Source: an uncultured Planctomycetaceae bacterium
GTDB taxonomy: Bacteria > Planctomycetota > Planctomycetia > Isosphaerales > Isosphaeraceae
Reading direction: 5' to 3'
DNA: 64,000 nucleotides
Assembly: GCA_963833985.1 (NCBI GenBank)
Contig: CAWIAD010000001.1
Location: forward strand, 1,728,001 to 1,792,000
Part shown: piece after piece, positions 11,033-21,785 of the stretch
Layout: the number at the start of each line of letters is the position of its first letter
How positions within the stretch are numbered: the first letter of the stretch is position 1
Position numbers and translations under genes: made by a program
The notes under the pieces: model-generated
Database searches by the model: none
The model's input: the letters and a program-made list of their open reading frames with translations, nothing else
What the model was told of the DNA's origin: nothing

Positions 11033-12706
11033 TCAGCGCGTGAGCGAGCGGTACTTGATGCGGTGCGGCTGATCGGCGTCCGTTCCCAGCCGCTCGTGGC
11101 GCTGGAGTTCGTAGGCCTGGTAGTTGCCGTCGCACCAGACCACGCGGCTATCGCCCTCGAAAGCCAGGATGTGCGTGGCCACGCGGTCCAGGAACCAGCG
11201 GTCGTGGCTGATAACCACCGCGCACCCGCCGAAATCAACGATGGCTTCTTCGAGCGCGCGGAGCATGTCCACGTCCAGGTCGTTGGTCGGCTCGTCGAGC
11301 AGCAGCAGGTTGCCCCCGCTCTTGAGCAGCTTCGCCAGGTGCACGCGATTGCGCTCGCCGCCGGAGAGCTTGCCGACCTTCTTCTCCTGGTCGGGGCCCT
11401 TGAAGTTGAACGTCGCCACGTAAGCCCGCGCCGGCAGCTTCCGCTTGCCCAGCACCACCGGGTCGATGCCGCCGGTGATCTCCTGAAACACCGTGCTCTC
11501 GGCGTTCAGCGCATCGCGGTTCTGATCAACGTAGGAGACCGCCACGGAGTCGCCCACTCGCAAGACGCCGCGGTCGGGCTTCTCCTGGCCCACGATCATG
11601 CGAAAGAGCGTGGTCTTCCCTGCCCCGTTGGCCCCGATCACGCCGATGATGCCGCCCGGCGGCAGGCGGAAGCTCATCTCCTCGAACAGCAGCCGGTCGC
11701 CGTAGGCCTTCGCCAGGTTCTCGGCCTCGACGACCAGCGATCCCAGGTGCGGCCCGGGTGGGATTTGCAGGACGATCGCCTCGTCACGTTTCTCGGACTC
11801 TTGCGCGGCGAGCTGCTCGTAGCGCTGGAGCCGCGCCCGGTTCTTGGCCACACGCGCCCGCGGCGACATGCGCACCCATTCCAGCTCACGCGCCAGTTGC
11901 TTGCGGCGTGTACTTTCCTGCTTCTCCTCCAGTACCAGACGGGCCTGCTTCTGCTCCAGCCAGGACGAGTAGTTCCCTTCCCAGGGAATGCCCTGACCGC
12001 GGTCGAGCTCAAGGATCCACTTCACCACGTTGTCCAGGAAGTAGCGATCGTGGGTGACGAGGATGACGGTTCCGGCGTACTCGGCCAGGTGGCGTTCCAG
12101 CCAGGCGACGCTCTCGGCGTCGAGGTGGTTGGTGGGTTCGTCGAGCAAGAGGATATCAGGCCGCTCCAGCAGCACGCGGCAGAGTGCCACGCGCCTTCGT
12201 TCCCCACCGGAGAGCGTGCTCACGTCGGCGTCGCCCGGCGGCAGCCGCATCGCGTCCATGGCGATCTCGATGCGCCGGTCCAGGTCCCAGCCCTCCGCGG
12301 CCTCGATGGCGTCCTGGACGCGCGCCTGCTCCTCCAGCAGCTCGTCCATCTCGTCGGCGTCCGGGCCTTCGCCCAGCCTGGCGTTGATGGCATCGAACCG
12401 ATTCAGGTGCTGCCGGATCTCGCTGACCGCCTGCTCCACGTTGCCGCGAACGTCCAGGCTGGGGTCGAGCGCAGGCTCCTGGGGCACATAGCCGATCGTG
12501 GTCCCGGGCGCAGGCCGGGCGGTTCCCACGAAGTCGGTATCGAGCCCCGCCATGATCCGCAGGAGCGTGCTCTTGCCCGACCCGTTCCCGCCGATGACGC
12601 CGATCTTGGCTCCCGGGTAAAACGAGAGCCAGATGTTCTTGAGCACTTCCTTCTTGGCGTAGGCTTTCGACAGCTTCTCGATGGTGAAAATATACTGTGG
12701 CGGCAT
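11033..12706 (-). CDS. ettA: Energy-dependent translational throttle protein EttA (ABC-F)
   Basis: [20 protein letters not shown], two ABC domains, ends PHRIKYRSL. Confidence 0.95.
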   Translation of the reverse strand: MPPQYIFTIEKLSKAYAKKEVLKNIWLSFYPGAKIGVIGGNGSGKSTLLRIMAGLDTDFVGTARPAPGTTIGYVPQEPALDPSLDVRGNVEQAVSEIRQHLNRFDAINARLGEGPDADEMDELLEEQARVQDAIEAAEGWDLDRRIEIAMDAMRLPPGDADVSTLSGGERRRVALCRVLLERPDILLLDEPTNHLDAESVAWLERHLAEYAGTVILVTHDRYFLDNVVKWILELDRGQGIPWEGNYSSWLEQKQARLVLEEKQESTRRKQLARELEWVRMSPRARVAKNRARLQRYEQLAAQESEKRDEAIVLQIPPGPHLGSLVVEAENLAKAYGDRLLFEEMSFRLPPGGIIGVIGANGAGKTTLFRMIVGQEKPDRGVLRVGDSVAVSYVDQNRDALNAESTVFQEITGGIDPVVLGKRKLPARAYVATFNFKGPDQEKKVGKLSGGERNRVHLAKLLKSGGNLLLLDEPTNDLDVDMLRALEEAIVDFGGCAVVISHDRWFLDRVATHILAFEGDSRVVWCDGNYQAYELQRHERLGTDADQPHRIKYRSLTR

Positions 12707-12951
12707 GGCGCGAGTGATTCCGAACGGTGATGGAGGATCGGCATCCCCGGACGGCCGAGCCAGGCGCGGGTGCTCCCCGCCAAGGACGTCGCGTCCGAAG
12801 CAGACCAGGACCAGTAGAATCGATCGTCCCCCACCCTGAAAAGCCCGCTTCCGCGCCGTCGTGCGAGCCTTGAAGTCCCGCTGTCTGTCTGGTACTTTTG
12901 GTAGCGCTGGTTCCGAGGATTCAGACGGTTCCTTGAAACGTGCCCACCCCT

Positions 12952-13025
12952 GCCGGGGTAGCTCAGTTGGTCAGAGCGGCGGTCTCATAATCCGCAGGTC
13001 TGGGGTTCGAGTCCCCACCCCGGTA
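12952..13025 (+). tRNA. tRNA with CAT anticodon (elongator Met or Ile2)
   Basis: GCCGGGG/CCCCGGT acceptor stem, TAGCTCAGTTGG D-arm, CTCATAA loop, GGTTCGAGTCC T-arm; CCA not encoded. Confidence 0.95.
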
Positions 13026-13148
13026 CTTACCGATCCAACCCGTCCCACCCCGTCAAGTCCTGACGAAACAAGCAACTTACGGCAAACCCATCAAGGCCCG
13101 CCATCCCGTCCCTGTCCGACCCTTCCTGGCCCTTCCCGGAGCCTGCGC

Positions 13149-13167
13149 GCTACCCGTGGCGCTACCC
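13149..13167 (+). repeat. Probable integrase arm-type site, left
   Basis: GCTACCCGTGGCGCTACCC, identical to 27389-27407. Confidence 0.7.
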
Positions 13168-13370
13168 GCACAGACATAGTCAGCGCCCGCCCCCGAGGAT
13201 GACTCGGGCCTGGCCGCAGTGGTCAATGCATGGCCCGAGCTGCCCGAGGCGCTCAAGGCCGGCATCTTGGCGATGGTCAAGGCCGCGCGTTCCTGAGACA
13301 CCCCGCACGGGGTGGATCGGGCCGCGCCCCGGGAGGGGGTTTCAACCCTTGGCCCGATGGAGATTGACCG

Positions 13371-13673
13371 ATGCGGTATCGAATGAATGACGGAACGATC
13401 GTGGACACGGACAAGGCTTCCCGGACGTGGGAGGAAGACACTCGATGGAACGGCTCGAATCACATCTCTGTGAACACTGGAAGCCAGTGGGAACATGAGA
13501 CGCTTCACCGCTCCGCGAAAGGTCGGTACTGGAAGGAATACAAGTCTGCCTACCATCAAGGCCAAGGAACGGCCCAATTCCTCGAGCCCCCCCAGGCCAC
13601 CGCCTGGCTGATCGCCAATAACCACCCATTGCCGGATGACCTGAAGGCCCATGAAGGGGAGATCCTGGAATGA
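13371..13673 (+). CDS. Small phage-type hypothetical protein
   Basis: 100 aa, RBS GGAG, ATGA overlap with the next gene. Confidence 0.7.
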   Translation: MRYRMNDGTIVDTDKASRTWEEDTRWNGSNHISVNTGSQWEHETLHRSAKGRYWKEYKSAYHQGQGTAQFLEPPQATAWLIANNHPLPDDLKAHEGEILE

Positions 13674-13703
13674 ACGCCTACACTCTCGGGCGGATCGCCG
13701 CCG

Positions 13704-15425
13704 TCATCTCGCTGGACATCGAGGCGCTGACCCCGGGTTGCCTTGGCAACCTGGCCACCCTGCAAAGGAACCATCACGCCCCCAACAATGTTGCGAACTA
13801 CGTTGTTGGGGGCCTTTCTCAAAAGGGGACGGACTGACCCGATACACGATGCGGACCTCCTGCTCGTCGATCTCGACCTTCTTCACCAAGGCCCGAACCA
13901 CCTCCCGTCGCGTGGCCCAGTCCGGCTCTTGCAACCCTTGCGAGACGCGACGTGCGAACTCCTCCAACTGACCGATCACCAGTCGCAATTCCGCCTCTTG
14001 GGCGGCCTCGCCGATTCGTTGTCGATGCTCCTCCGCCAATCTCGAGAGGCGCGTCCTTGCCGCCGAGATCCGGGGCTCGAACTCCGATTTGTCGAGCAAC
14101 CCGTCGCCGTAAGCATCGATTAATCGAGAAATCATCTTTTTCACATTATTTATCAATTTGCCGAGATGCTCCACCTCCTGATTCGGCCCGCCCTGGGCAC
14201 CCTGCAGCCGCCGCTCGTACTCCTCCCGGACCCGCTCCGGCTCGGACAGGAGACCTCGTAAGTCCTCCCAGACGGCAGCGTCAAGGATATCGGTGCGGAT
14301 CTGCTTGTTCCAGCAGAGGCGCTGCCCGCCGAAACGATAGGCGTCAGAGCCCGTGCAACGGTAGTACGCGTAGCGGACCCTACCCTTGCCCTCGAACGCG
14401 GCTCGGCTCGTCGGCTTGCCGTAGCAGCCGTAGCCGCAGCGCTTGCAGACGACCAGGCCCTGGAGCAGATATCGGCCACCGCCGGGCCGGTCGCGACGGC
14501 GTTGCCGGTTCTCTTCAAGCTGGGCCTGGACAGCCAGGAAGAGGTCTTCGCTCACCAGCCCGGGGACTTCAATGAAGATTTGATCTTCCGAGGATGTATC
14601 AACCCGTGAGACCGGTCGCCGGGAGTGTTCGGGGCGGCCTCGCTGCGGGCGGAGGCGTTGAGGTTTGAACTCACCTGAGCGCGTCTTGCCGAAGGCCGCG
14701 GTCCCCTTGTAGGCAGGGTTCTTGAGGATCAACCAGACCGTCGCGCGATCCCAGGCCGATTTCCCGGTCCGCGTCGGGATACTGTCGCGCCGGAGGCGTC
14801 GGCACACCTCGCCGATCGAGCACCGTTCCTGACCCACCCATTCGAAGATCTTCCGCACGACCCGGGACTCTTCAGCGAGGACCTGATAACGCGCCTCGCC
14901 ACCTCCCTCGTGCTTGCCGATGTAACGGTAGCCGTACGGCGCGCCGCTGAGGACGTTGACCGAACCGCGGCGGGCGGCGTGTTGCTTGCCCCTGCGGCAA
15001 CGCTCCATGATCTTGGCGCGCTCGTATTCCGCGATCATTCCCTGGACCTGAAGCAGCAGGTCGGCTTCCGGACTGCGGCCGACGGGGTTGCGCAAGAAGA
15101 CGACCTCGACACCGCACCGGATAAGTTCCTCAAGGATCAAGACCTGATAGGCATACTTGCGTGAAAGTCGATCCGGATCGAGCATATAGAGGCGGTCGAT
15201 GGCTCCAGCGGCGGCTTGGTCCCGAAGTCGCTCGAGTGCCGGTCGGGCCAGGATGTAACCGCTGACGCCGTCGTCCACGAAGTGCAGTTCGGGCTCGCAT
15301 TCCAAGCCATCAGTGGCGATCCGCTGAGTGACCGCCTCGAGCTGGCTGGCGATCGTGTCCTCCTTCTCCTGCTGCTCCCCCGAAACCCGGGCGTAGAGCG
15401 CCACGCGGAGATTGTCCGTGATCAT
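13704..15425 (-). CDS. Large serine recombinase (resolvase + recombinase + Zn ribbon)
   Basis: YARVS, DDGVSG, DRLSR, PYGY, CKRCG...YYRC. Confidence 0.93.
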   Translation of the reverse strand: MITDNLRVALYARVSGEQQEKEDTIASQLEAVTQRIATDGLECEPELHFVDDGVSGYILARPALERLRDQAAAGAIDRLYMLDPDRLSRKYAYQVLILEELIRCGVEVVFLRNPVGRSPEADLLLQVQGMIAEYERAKIMERCRRGKQHAARRGSVNVLSGAPYGYRYIGKHEGGGEARYQVLAEESRVVRKIFEWVGQERCSIGEVCRRLRRDSIPTRTGKSAWDRATVWLILKNPAYKGTAAFGKTRSGEFKPQRLRPQRGRPEHSRRPVSRVDTSSEDQIFIEVPGLVSEDLFLAVQAQLEENRQRRRDRPGGGRYLLQGLVVCKRCGYGCYGKPTSRAAFEGKGRVRYAYYRCTGSDAYRFGGQRLCWNKQIRTDILDAAVWEDLRGLLSEPERVREEYERRLQGAQGGPNQEVEHLGKLINNVKKMISRLIDAYGDGLLDKSEFEPRISAARTRLSRLAEEHRQRIGEAAQEAELRLVIGQLEEFARRVSQGLQEPDWATRREVVRALVKKVEIDEQEVRIVYRVSPSPFEKGPQQRSSQHCWGRDGSFAGWPGCQGNPGSAPRCPAR

Positions 15426-15787
15426 GGTTTGTCAAACCCCCCCGACCTTGGACTGGATAGTGTGGACCACAGTCGCGTGGTTGCGGCTGGGTCGCGGCCG
15501 ATCCAGGCGCTGCGAAACGACCGGGATCAAGACCTGATATGCACGCGCGATCAATTGCTCCTGAAGCCGAGTGAACTCGAAGTGGCGGGTGACAGGAGGA
15601 CTGAACGTGGGCCTCCGTGGGGACGTGATCATGTCGACTCCTCCTCTCCGAGAGCGCGGCCGCCAGCCTGCCTTGGATCGGGATCGAGTCGGGGCTGCCA
15701 TCCGTGCCCGTACTTCGGTCGAAGCCGCGATCTGGAAATGACAGAGTCAGGAATCAGGGACGATTTTGCAACATTGTTGGGGGCGTG
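13775..15787 (-). mobile_element. Large serine recombinase transposon with terminal inverted repeats
   Basis: CACGCCCCCAACAATGTTGC / GCAACATTGTTGGGGGCGTG, flanked by AT on both sides. Confidence 0.88.
15432..15632 (-). CDS. Small accessory protein of the serine-recombinase element
   Basis: RBS GAGGAGGAG; MITSPRR...FEFTRLQEQLIARAYQVLIP. Confidence 0.6.
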   Translation of the reverse strand: MITSPRRPTFSPPVTRHFEFTRLQEQLIARAYQVLIPVVSQRLDRPRPSRNHATVVHTIQSKVGGV

Positions 15788-16003
15788 ATGCCGCCGTCTT
15801 GCGGCATGTCTGGCCAAGAGCCAGGTTACTGCCCCGCGTTCAAGAGCTTGCGGCCGCACCTGGCGAGCTGGCCACCCCCGCGTCATCGGCCGATCAGTGT
15901 TCGTTCTGGCTTGGGTTCCATCACGAGAAGCATGAGAGGGGGGACCGACCATGACACCCGAACCCGCATCCCTGCTACGCATCGACATGAGACCCGTTCG
16001 GCC

Positions 16004-16715
16004 ATGACAACCTTCCGCCGTGTTCACGGCTGGCCCGCACACTACCGCGTCGGAGATGACGGTTCGCTCTGGTCATCCCGGCGCGGTGGAACCTGGCAAC
16101 GACTGAAGACCCCGCCCGCCAATGGACACCCCCGCGCCGTACTGACCGACCGTGCCGGCAAGACTCGCTACCTGTCCCTGGCCAAGCTGGTTTGCCGTGC
16201 GTTCCATGGCCCCCGGCCGATCGGCTGCGAAGTCTTGCATTACCCCGACCCCGACCCGGCGAACTGCCAGGCCGCGAACCTGCGGTGGGTGCCCATCGGC
16301 ACGTCGAAGGTTGGGAACGACCCCCTGCCTGGCCGCCACCCTGACCAGCAAGGGGAGCGAAACCCGAACCGCCGGCTCAATGCCGAGCTGGTCATCTGGG
16401 CGCGCCGAGTATGCCGATGGCCGCAGAACCCACGACCTGGCCGCCGAGCTGGGGGTGTCGGAGACGGCGATCCGCCTGGCCGTGCTTGGCCAGACCTGGG
16501 GACACATTCCGGGAGCCGCGAAGCGAGCCCCCAGACGGATCAGGGGAGGCGATGTCAACACGTCCAGGCTGATGGAACAGGAAGTCCTGGAGATCCGCCG
16601 CAAGCATGCCGCCGGCCGCTCGCAACGATCCCTGGCCCGAGAGTATAGCGTGACACAGACCACGATCCGGTTGATCGTCATCAGGAAGAACTGGGCTCAT
16701 CTGCCTGAGGAGTAA
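16004..16715 (+). CDS. HNH homing-endonuclease-like protein with two C-terminal HTH repeats, frameshifted near 16405
   Basis: YRVGDDG...LVCRAFHGPRP...EVLH...NCQAANLRW; GERNPN...LAAELGVS; LAREYSVT...KNWAH. Confidence 0.75.
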
Positions 16716-16996
16716 GGCCCCATCGGTGTTTTTACCCTAAATTGTCTGATTGATTTCCGTGCGCGTGGGACGCTGCGGTCCCACAAACTGGCCGTTTGGA
16801 AAACAACCCCCCTATGGGTGGGGTGGGGACGAACCGCCTGATACTTACTGTTTAACAGGCGAACCGCCCGGCCCTTACGCATCCGACTTCCCATAGGAAG
16901 TATCAATTCTGTCACGAAGCGCGCGGTTTCGGCTGCGGTCTGGAAGCTTCGACCGTTCGCGGAAAAACCACCCCCCAACGCCCTGGGAGCATCCGC

Positions 16997-17302
16997 ATGA
17001 ATCGCCACCGCCGGCCGCGAAAGCCGTTCGATTGGCTTGGAGAGCGAAAGCAACGGCGCGGAGCCTTGAACCTGATCCGCCAGGCGATCCGGGAGGGATG
17101 GCTTGATGGCCCCGAGCATGGCATCCGCCGCGACCAACTGGTGGCGAGCTTGAGCCGAATGCTCAACATCGAGCACATGCCGACGCCGGATGGGCTCAGC
17201 TTGTGCCGGACATTCCTGGCGATGGCTCGAAAAGAGCTGGAAAACGAGCTGGATTCACTCCGGATCGAGCACGATTCGCATCAATCCGACGCCGCCCCAT
17301 GA
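16997..17302 (+). CDS. Hypothetical protein
   Basis: 101-aa ORF with RBS GGGAG. Confidence 0.5.
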   Translation: MNRHRRPRKPFDWLGERKQRRGALNLIRQAIREGWLDGPEHGIRRDQLVASLSRMLNIEHMPTPDGLSLCRTFLAMARKELENELDSLRIEHDSHQSDAAP

Positions 17303-17597
17303 CCCTTTCGGGTTCGCCCGGCGCAGGAGTGTGGGTTGCCCCCCCGTAGGTTGCCCCCCCGACCCCCCCTTGAGGGGTTCTTCTCCGAGCGATCGGGCCG
17401 ACACCCACGACGCAAGAGCCGCTTTCGGGTATCGGATGCGGCAATCGGGCCGCTCTCGGGACGGCGAACCGTCCCTATCTCAGTCTGCGCCATCGCCCAA
17501 CTGGCGCGGTAGGATGTTCCTGACCGGTTTGCTGCTAGCGCTCCGGCCCGCATGCGCAAGAAACCCACCCTTTCGGTTCCGGGAGGAGTGGGTTTCG

Positions 17598-17695
17598 CGT
17601 TTCTCGGCGTCCGCGCCCAACCTGTTGCCTGCCATGAACCCGACAAACCCGACACCTAAAAAGACCTCGTTTCTTGGCGTCCGCGCCCAACCTGT
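17598..17695 (+). repeat. Two 28-bp direct repeats at 70-bp spacing
   Basis: CGTTTCTYGGCGTCCGCGCCCAACCTGT at 17598 and 17668, with tandem AACCCGACA between them. Confidence 0.8.
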
Positions 17696-17812
17696 CAATT
17701 ACCTGTTCTGAGGAGACTGGCCAGACGCCCGACGAATGACCGCGCCGGGATCGCAAACTACCAGGTAGGGAGTGTGATCCGTCTTTCCCCTACCACCGCC
17801 CCGGGCGCTGTC

Positions 17813-18771
17813 ATGTCAACCGAGCTGGTTCCCACGATCATCGAACCCAAGCCGCCGGCGCTCCCGGGTTTGGGAGACTTCCTGTCAGCGTTCCTGGCCG
17901 GGAGGAACCCGCGGACGCTCCGCGCCTATGCCGCCGATCTGGCCGACTTCGCCCGGTTCGTTCGCGTGCCCGAGGCATGGGCCGCCGTGGAGCTGCTACT
18001 CTCGAGGAATGCGGGACACGCGAACGCCCTGGCCCTGGCCTACAAGGCTGATCTCATGGGCCGCGAGTTGGCGGCCGCCACGATCGCCCGCCGGCTGGCC
18101 GCGCTCCGGTCGATGGTCAAGCTGGCCCGCCAGATCGGCCGCGTGACCTGGACGCTGGAAGTCGAAGGCCCCCGGTCGGAACCCTACCGCGACACGACCG
18201 GCCCGGGACTGGACGGCTGGCGCAAGATCCTGACCGCCGCGACCCTGGCCGCGCGATCGAGCCCCTTGGGACGCCGTGATCTGGCGATCTTGCGTCTGTT
18301 GCACGATCTTGGCTTGCGGCGCGGGGAAGCCGTGGCGCTCGACCTGGCCGACGTGGACTTGCCCACCTTCGCCGTCCAGATCGTCGGCAAAGGGAAGACC
18401 GAACCGGCCCGAGTGACCCTCAGTGGCCCGGCCCGCGCCGCCCTGGCCGACTGGATCGCAGCGAGGGGAGACGCCCCGGGACCGCTGTTCATCCGGCTCG
18501 ATCGCGCCGCCCCGGGGAGAGACCGCCTGACCGGGGACGCCGTGGCGCGACTGGTCAAGGCCCTCGGTCGCAAGGCCGGTCTTGCTCGGGAAGTCCGGCC
18601 GCACGGACTGAGGCATGAGGCGATAACCCGGGCATCGACCTGTGCGCTGGCGACGTGCGCCGCGTCCGTCACTTCTCGCGGCATGCCAAGATCGAGACTC
18701 TCCTTCGCTACGACGATAACCGCCGGGATGAGGCCGGCGCGATCGCCCGGTTGCTGGGAGAGGACAGTTGA
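17813..18771 (+). CDS. XerC-like tyrosine recombinase, frameshifted near 18633
   Basis: RTLRAY, GLRRGE, GKGK, RPHGLRH, then in the next frame FSRHAKIETLLRYDDNR. Confidence 0.85.
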
Positions 18772-18829
18772 TGCCGAGAAGACCGACCCGTTTTCCCGCC
18801 GTTTAAAGGGCAAACACACTGAGGATCTG

Positions 18830-19171
18830 ATGAGTGACTCACATCGCGACACGACCGGCCGTTTCACGAAAGGTGGCAAGGGTGGTCCGGGAAGGCCCCG
18901 CCGTGCTATCGAGACCGACTACCTGGCCAAGCTATCCGAGGCCGTTCCCCTATCGCTCTGGCAAGAGATAGTGGCCAAGGCGGTTGAGATGGCACTGGAG
19001 GGAGACCATGCCTCCCGCTCGTGGCTGGCCGGCTATCTGTGCGGCAAGCCCACGGGCGACGCGCTGCGCAACCTTGCCGCCGATGAAGAGGCAGGGATCG
19101 ACCCTTTGGCCGAACAGATCAGCCAGAAGGAACTGATAGCCGCCGTGCTCGGAGTGATAAAGGAAAGCTAG
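18830..19171 (+). CDS. Terminase small subunit-like protein
   Basis: RDTTGRFTKGGKGGPGRPR N-terminus, then helical ...AVEMALEGD...YLCGKP. Confidence 0.55.
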   Translation: MSDSHRDTTGRFTKGGKGGPGRPRRAIETDYLAKLSEAVPLSLWQEIVAKAVEMALEGDHASRSWLAGYLCGKPTGDALRNLAADEEAGIDPLAEQISQKELIAAVLGVIKES

Positions 19172-19216
19172 CGCCGTGAAAGAGCCATTATCAGGCGCTT
19201 CCGTCCGTCGCCCCAA

Positions 19217-19470
19217 TCAATCCCCGCCGTTGGGGTTCGGAGCGATCGACCCCGCCGGAACCGGAGTATCCATCTCGACCCCGAGCAAGAGGCCCACGTC
19301 GACGAGCTTCACGCACTCATCTTGGTCGGACCATCCGATCGTGCGGCCAGCGGGCAGCAGCCAGACCCATTCGGGATGAGGCACCGGCAAGCGTTCGCCG
19401 TTGGCGAGTATCAGGCTGAACGGCCGGAACGGCTCCGCGCCACAACCTCGCGAAGACTCTCAGCTTTCAT
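19217..19470 (-). CDS. Small planctomycete-type conserved protein, one frameshift; absent from the ORF track
   Basis: MKAESLREVV../EPFRPFSLILANGERLPVPHPEWV; start overlaps the upstream stop. Confidence 0.55.
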
Positions 19471-19700
19471 TTCCCGCCCCCTTCCGCTTCCGCCCGGTCT
19501 CGCCTGACCCGTTGCAGGACCGCCATGCGGATATAGGCCGCGACGGAGAGACCGTTCAAGCGCGCGACTTCCCGCAAGGCCGTGTAGTCAACCTCGGGCA
19601 GTTCAAGCCGAGCATGTCGGATGACCGGCTTCGTCGCCGCCGGCTTGCTCGCTCGTGTCTTCTTCGCCGTCATGTTCGCCCCCGAGGAAAGAGAACCCAC
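19467..19700 (-). CDS. Ribbon-helix-helix (CopG-like) regulator
   Basis: RLELPEVDYTALREVARLNGLSVAAYIRMAV. Confidence 0.7.
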   Translation of the reverse strand: MGSLSSGANMTAKKTRASKPAATKPVIRHARLELPEVDYTALREVARLNGLSVAAYIRMAVLQRVRRDRAEAEGGGK

Positions 19701-19877
19701 TGCCTTTATACCGCTTGGGGACGATTCGTACCATCATCTGATCTTCCAATCAGGTAGGCGCGTTTCGTACACTAACGGGGAAAGCCGGGGAGTCATGACC
19801 CCGGCGACTGGCCCGAGGGTGGGCGCGACGACCCCTTAGCGTCGTGTCCCACCCGACGGCGCTAAGGGGATAAACCG

Positions 19878-21785
19878 ATGCCAGAAGATTCCAATGGCCG
19901 CCCCGCCGACGGGACAACCCAGAACGCGCCGCCAAGCGCTGCTTTCACCTCAGAGCTGTTGTCGCACCCGCTTGGAGCAAAAGGGACCCAAAGAGTCCAG
20001 TGCCCGAGCAACTTCTCTTCATCGCGATGGCCGTTGCTGAGCTGGCTGAAGTCTCGACTCTGGAAAGCAACGAAGACGACCCTGATCAGCAGGCCATAAT
20101 GCGACCGGGAATAGTAAAAGCCGCATACAAGCTCAAAGACTGCTTCGGTGCATTTGGGGACTCCGGGACTTCGCCCCCGTTGGCTGGCCCGAGAAGGTTC
20201 GTCACTTGCTGACTTATATTCACGATCGCTTCTTCATCATGTACGAGCGATTCGACGACTGGCACGAGACTTATGGCCGCCCGGACTTTCCGGATATCTA
20301 CTTCAGCTTGGTCAAACCCTTGCCAATGTACCGTGAGGAGGAGGGGGGCGCACCGAGGACCCGAGCCGCGCGGAACGCTTGTTGGAGTATGAGCGATCCA
20401 AGAGCGACATGAGGAAGCTGTACACGAGCGAGGCCGCAGACAAGATGTTTGCCCCCTTCGAAGACTGGGAAATGATGAACGAGATTCATGCCGCCGCCTC
20501 GCGTTTGGCGGGGTTGGTTTGGAGCGAATGCGCCCCGAGTTTCCTTCAGCCCGAAAATGCGATGCGTTTCGACCAGACCTCGGCCGATCTTTCCAAGCTT
20601 GATCCTTCGGGGAACGATCCCACCCGAATCGATCGATCGACCGATCAACCCAACGGCAAGGTTGCCAATGAGTCGATAGCCGACTCATCGGCAAGCCCGA
20701 TGGACCGGACGCCCTGTCCCTTGTTCGTCTTCGCTATCCTGCATGCCACTTCCAAGGCAGTCGAAACCACAAGGCGAATCCGGGAAGACGAAGACGAGGA
20801 ACGGGAGGATTCGAACGGCGCTCTGATGAATTGGCGCGAACTTGGTTGTTGGGTTTGGCGGCTGAATCAACTCTTTGACTCGATAGCGGACGATGGTGTC
20901 ATTCCGCTGACCGGGTGGTCGGATGATGTCACCAGCGCTCTGCTCGACCATTGCGAGAAGTTTGATGACGCCTTCAACGATGCGCACAGCATCGCCACCG
21001 TCCTTGGTGGCGATCTGGATGACATTCTCGACCATTGCGAAGGCAAGAAGGGGACGTTCCCCGAGGCCCATTTGGCCACGGTGCTTCGCCCGTTCCAGCG
21101 CACTTTCAAGCCAGCCCTGAACGACCGAGACGAGACACTGGCAACACTGACCAGAAACGCATGGGACGAGTGGATGCCCGGCCCCGGCGAAACTGATCCC
21201 GATGGCGAACGCCTGCTGGAGAAGCTGCTCAATGGCAGCCTACTCGCGGAGATGAAACGAGACGACGAATCCGCACTGAACGGCCGCGACCCCGAGGCCC
21301 TGGCCGAACTCCCCAATCTCGAGCCCTCTGAGAACGGAACGGCCGCGCCGAATGGCCAAGCCACCGCGACGATGCCTGCGACGAACGGCCGGACCCCCGA
21401 GGCCCCGGCCGAACTGCCCATGGACGCGACATCCGAGACGCCCCACCCTGGCCCGCCGGTTGAACTGAATGGCCCGGATGAGGAAGTGATCGTGTGCGGG
21501 ATAGCGGTAGGCCGATTACCCGACGCAGAGTATCGAGTGATCAGGGTACTGTTGGATGCTTACACCAAAGGGGAGCGACTCTCGGAAGCGACGCTAAGGA
21601 ACCGCACGAAGGATGCCCAAGGCAACAAGGTGGAAGATCCTGTGGGCGCTCTGAAGCGACTCCGCAAGAAGAAGAACACGCCCTGGCCCCACGCCATCGA
21701 GATGTCGGGCAGAACGCGCCGCGGTTACACTCTGAAGCCGCGACCCGATAAGCCACCCGATAAGCCACCCACCAAAACCCGATAA
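19878..21785 (+). CDS. Large hypothetical protein with C-terminal winged helix, probably one gene broken by indels; main ORF 20379-21785
   Basis: Chain of overlapping ORFs starting 19878, 20000, 20206 and 20379; C-terminal EYRVIRVLL...ALKRLRK...RRGYTL. Confidence 0.55.

Larger units (their letters stand above)
13670..15954 (+). pseudogene. 89-aa gene split by the serine-recombinase element (13670-13774 + 15790-15954)
   Basis: Removing 13775-15789 restores one frame: MNAYTLGRIAAVI...NH|AAVL...DQCSFWLGFHHE... Confidence 0.75.

Noticed and set aside
10940..12730. Long antisense ORFs (10940-12730, 41273-43666, 49075-50742, 51509-53206 and similar)
   Set aside because: Shadows of real high-GC genes on the opposite strand, with no recognisable motifs.
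17774..19171. 465-aa recombinase-terminase fusion protein
   Set aside because: The recombinase catalytic His/Tyr segment lies in another frame ending at 18771; the fusion results from one indel.
21278..21420. Internal repeat of about 36 bp in the winged-helix gene
   Set aside because: It encodes a duplicated low-complexity linker (NGR.PEA.AELP), with no sign of a separate function.
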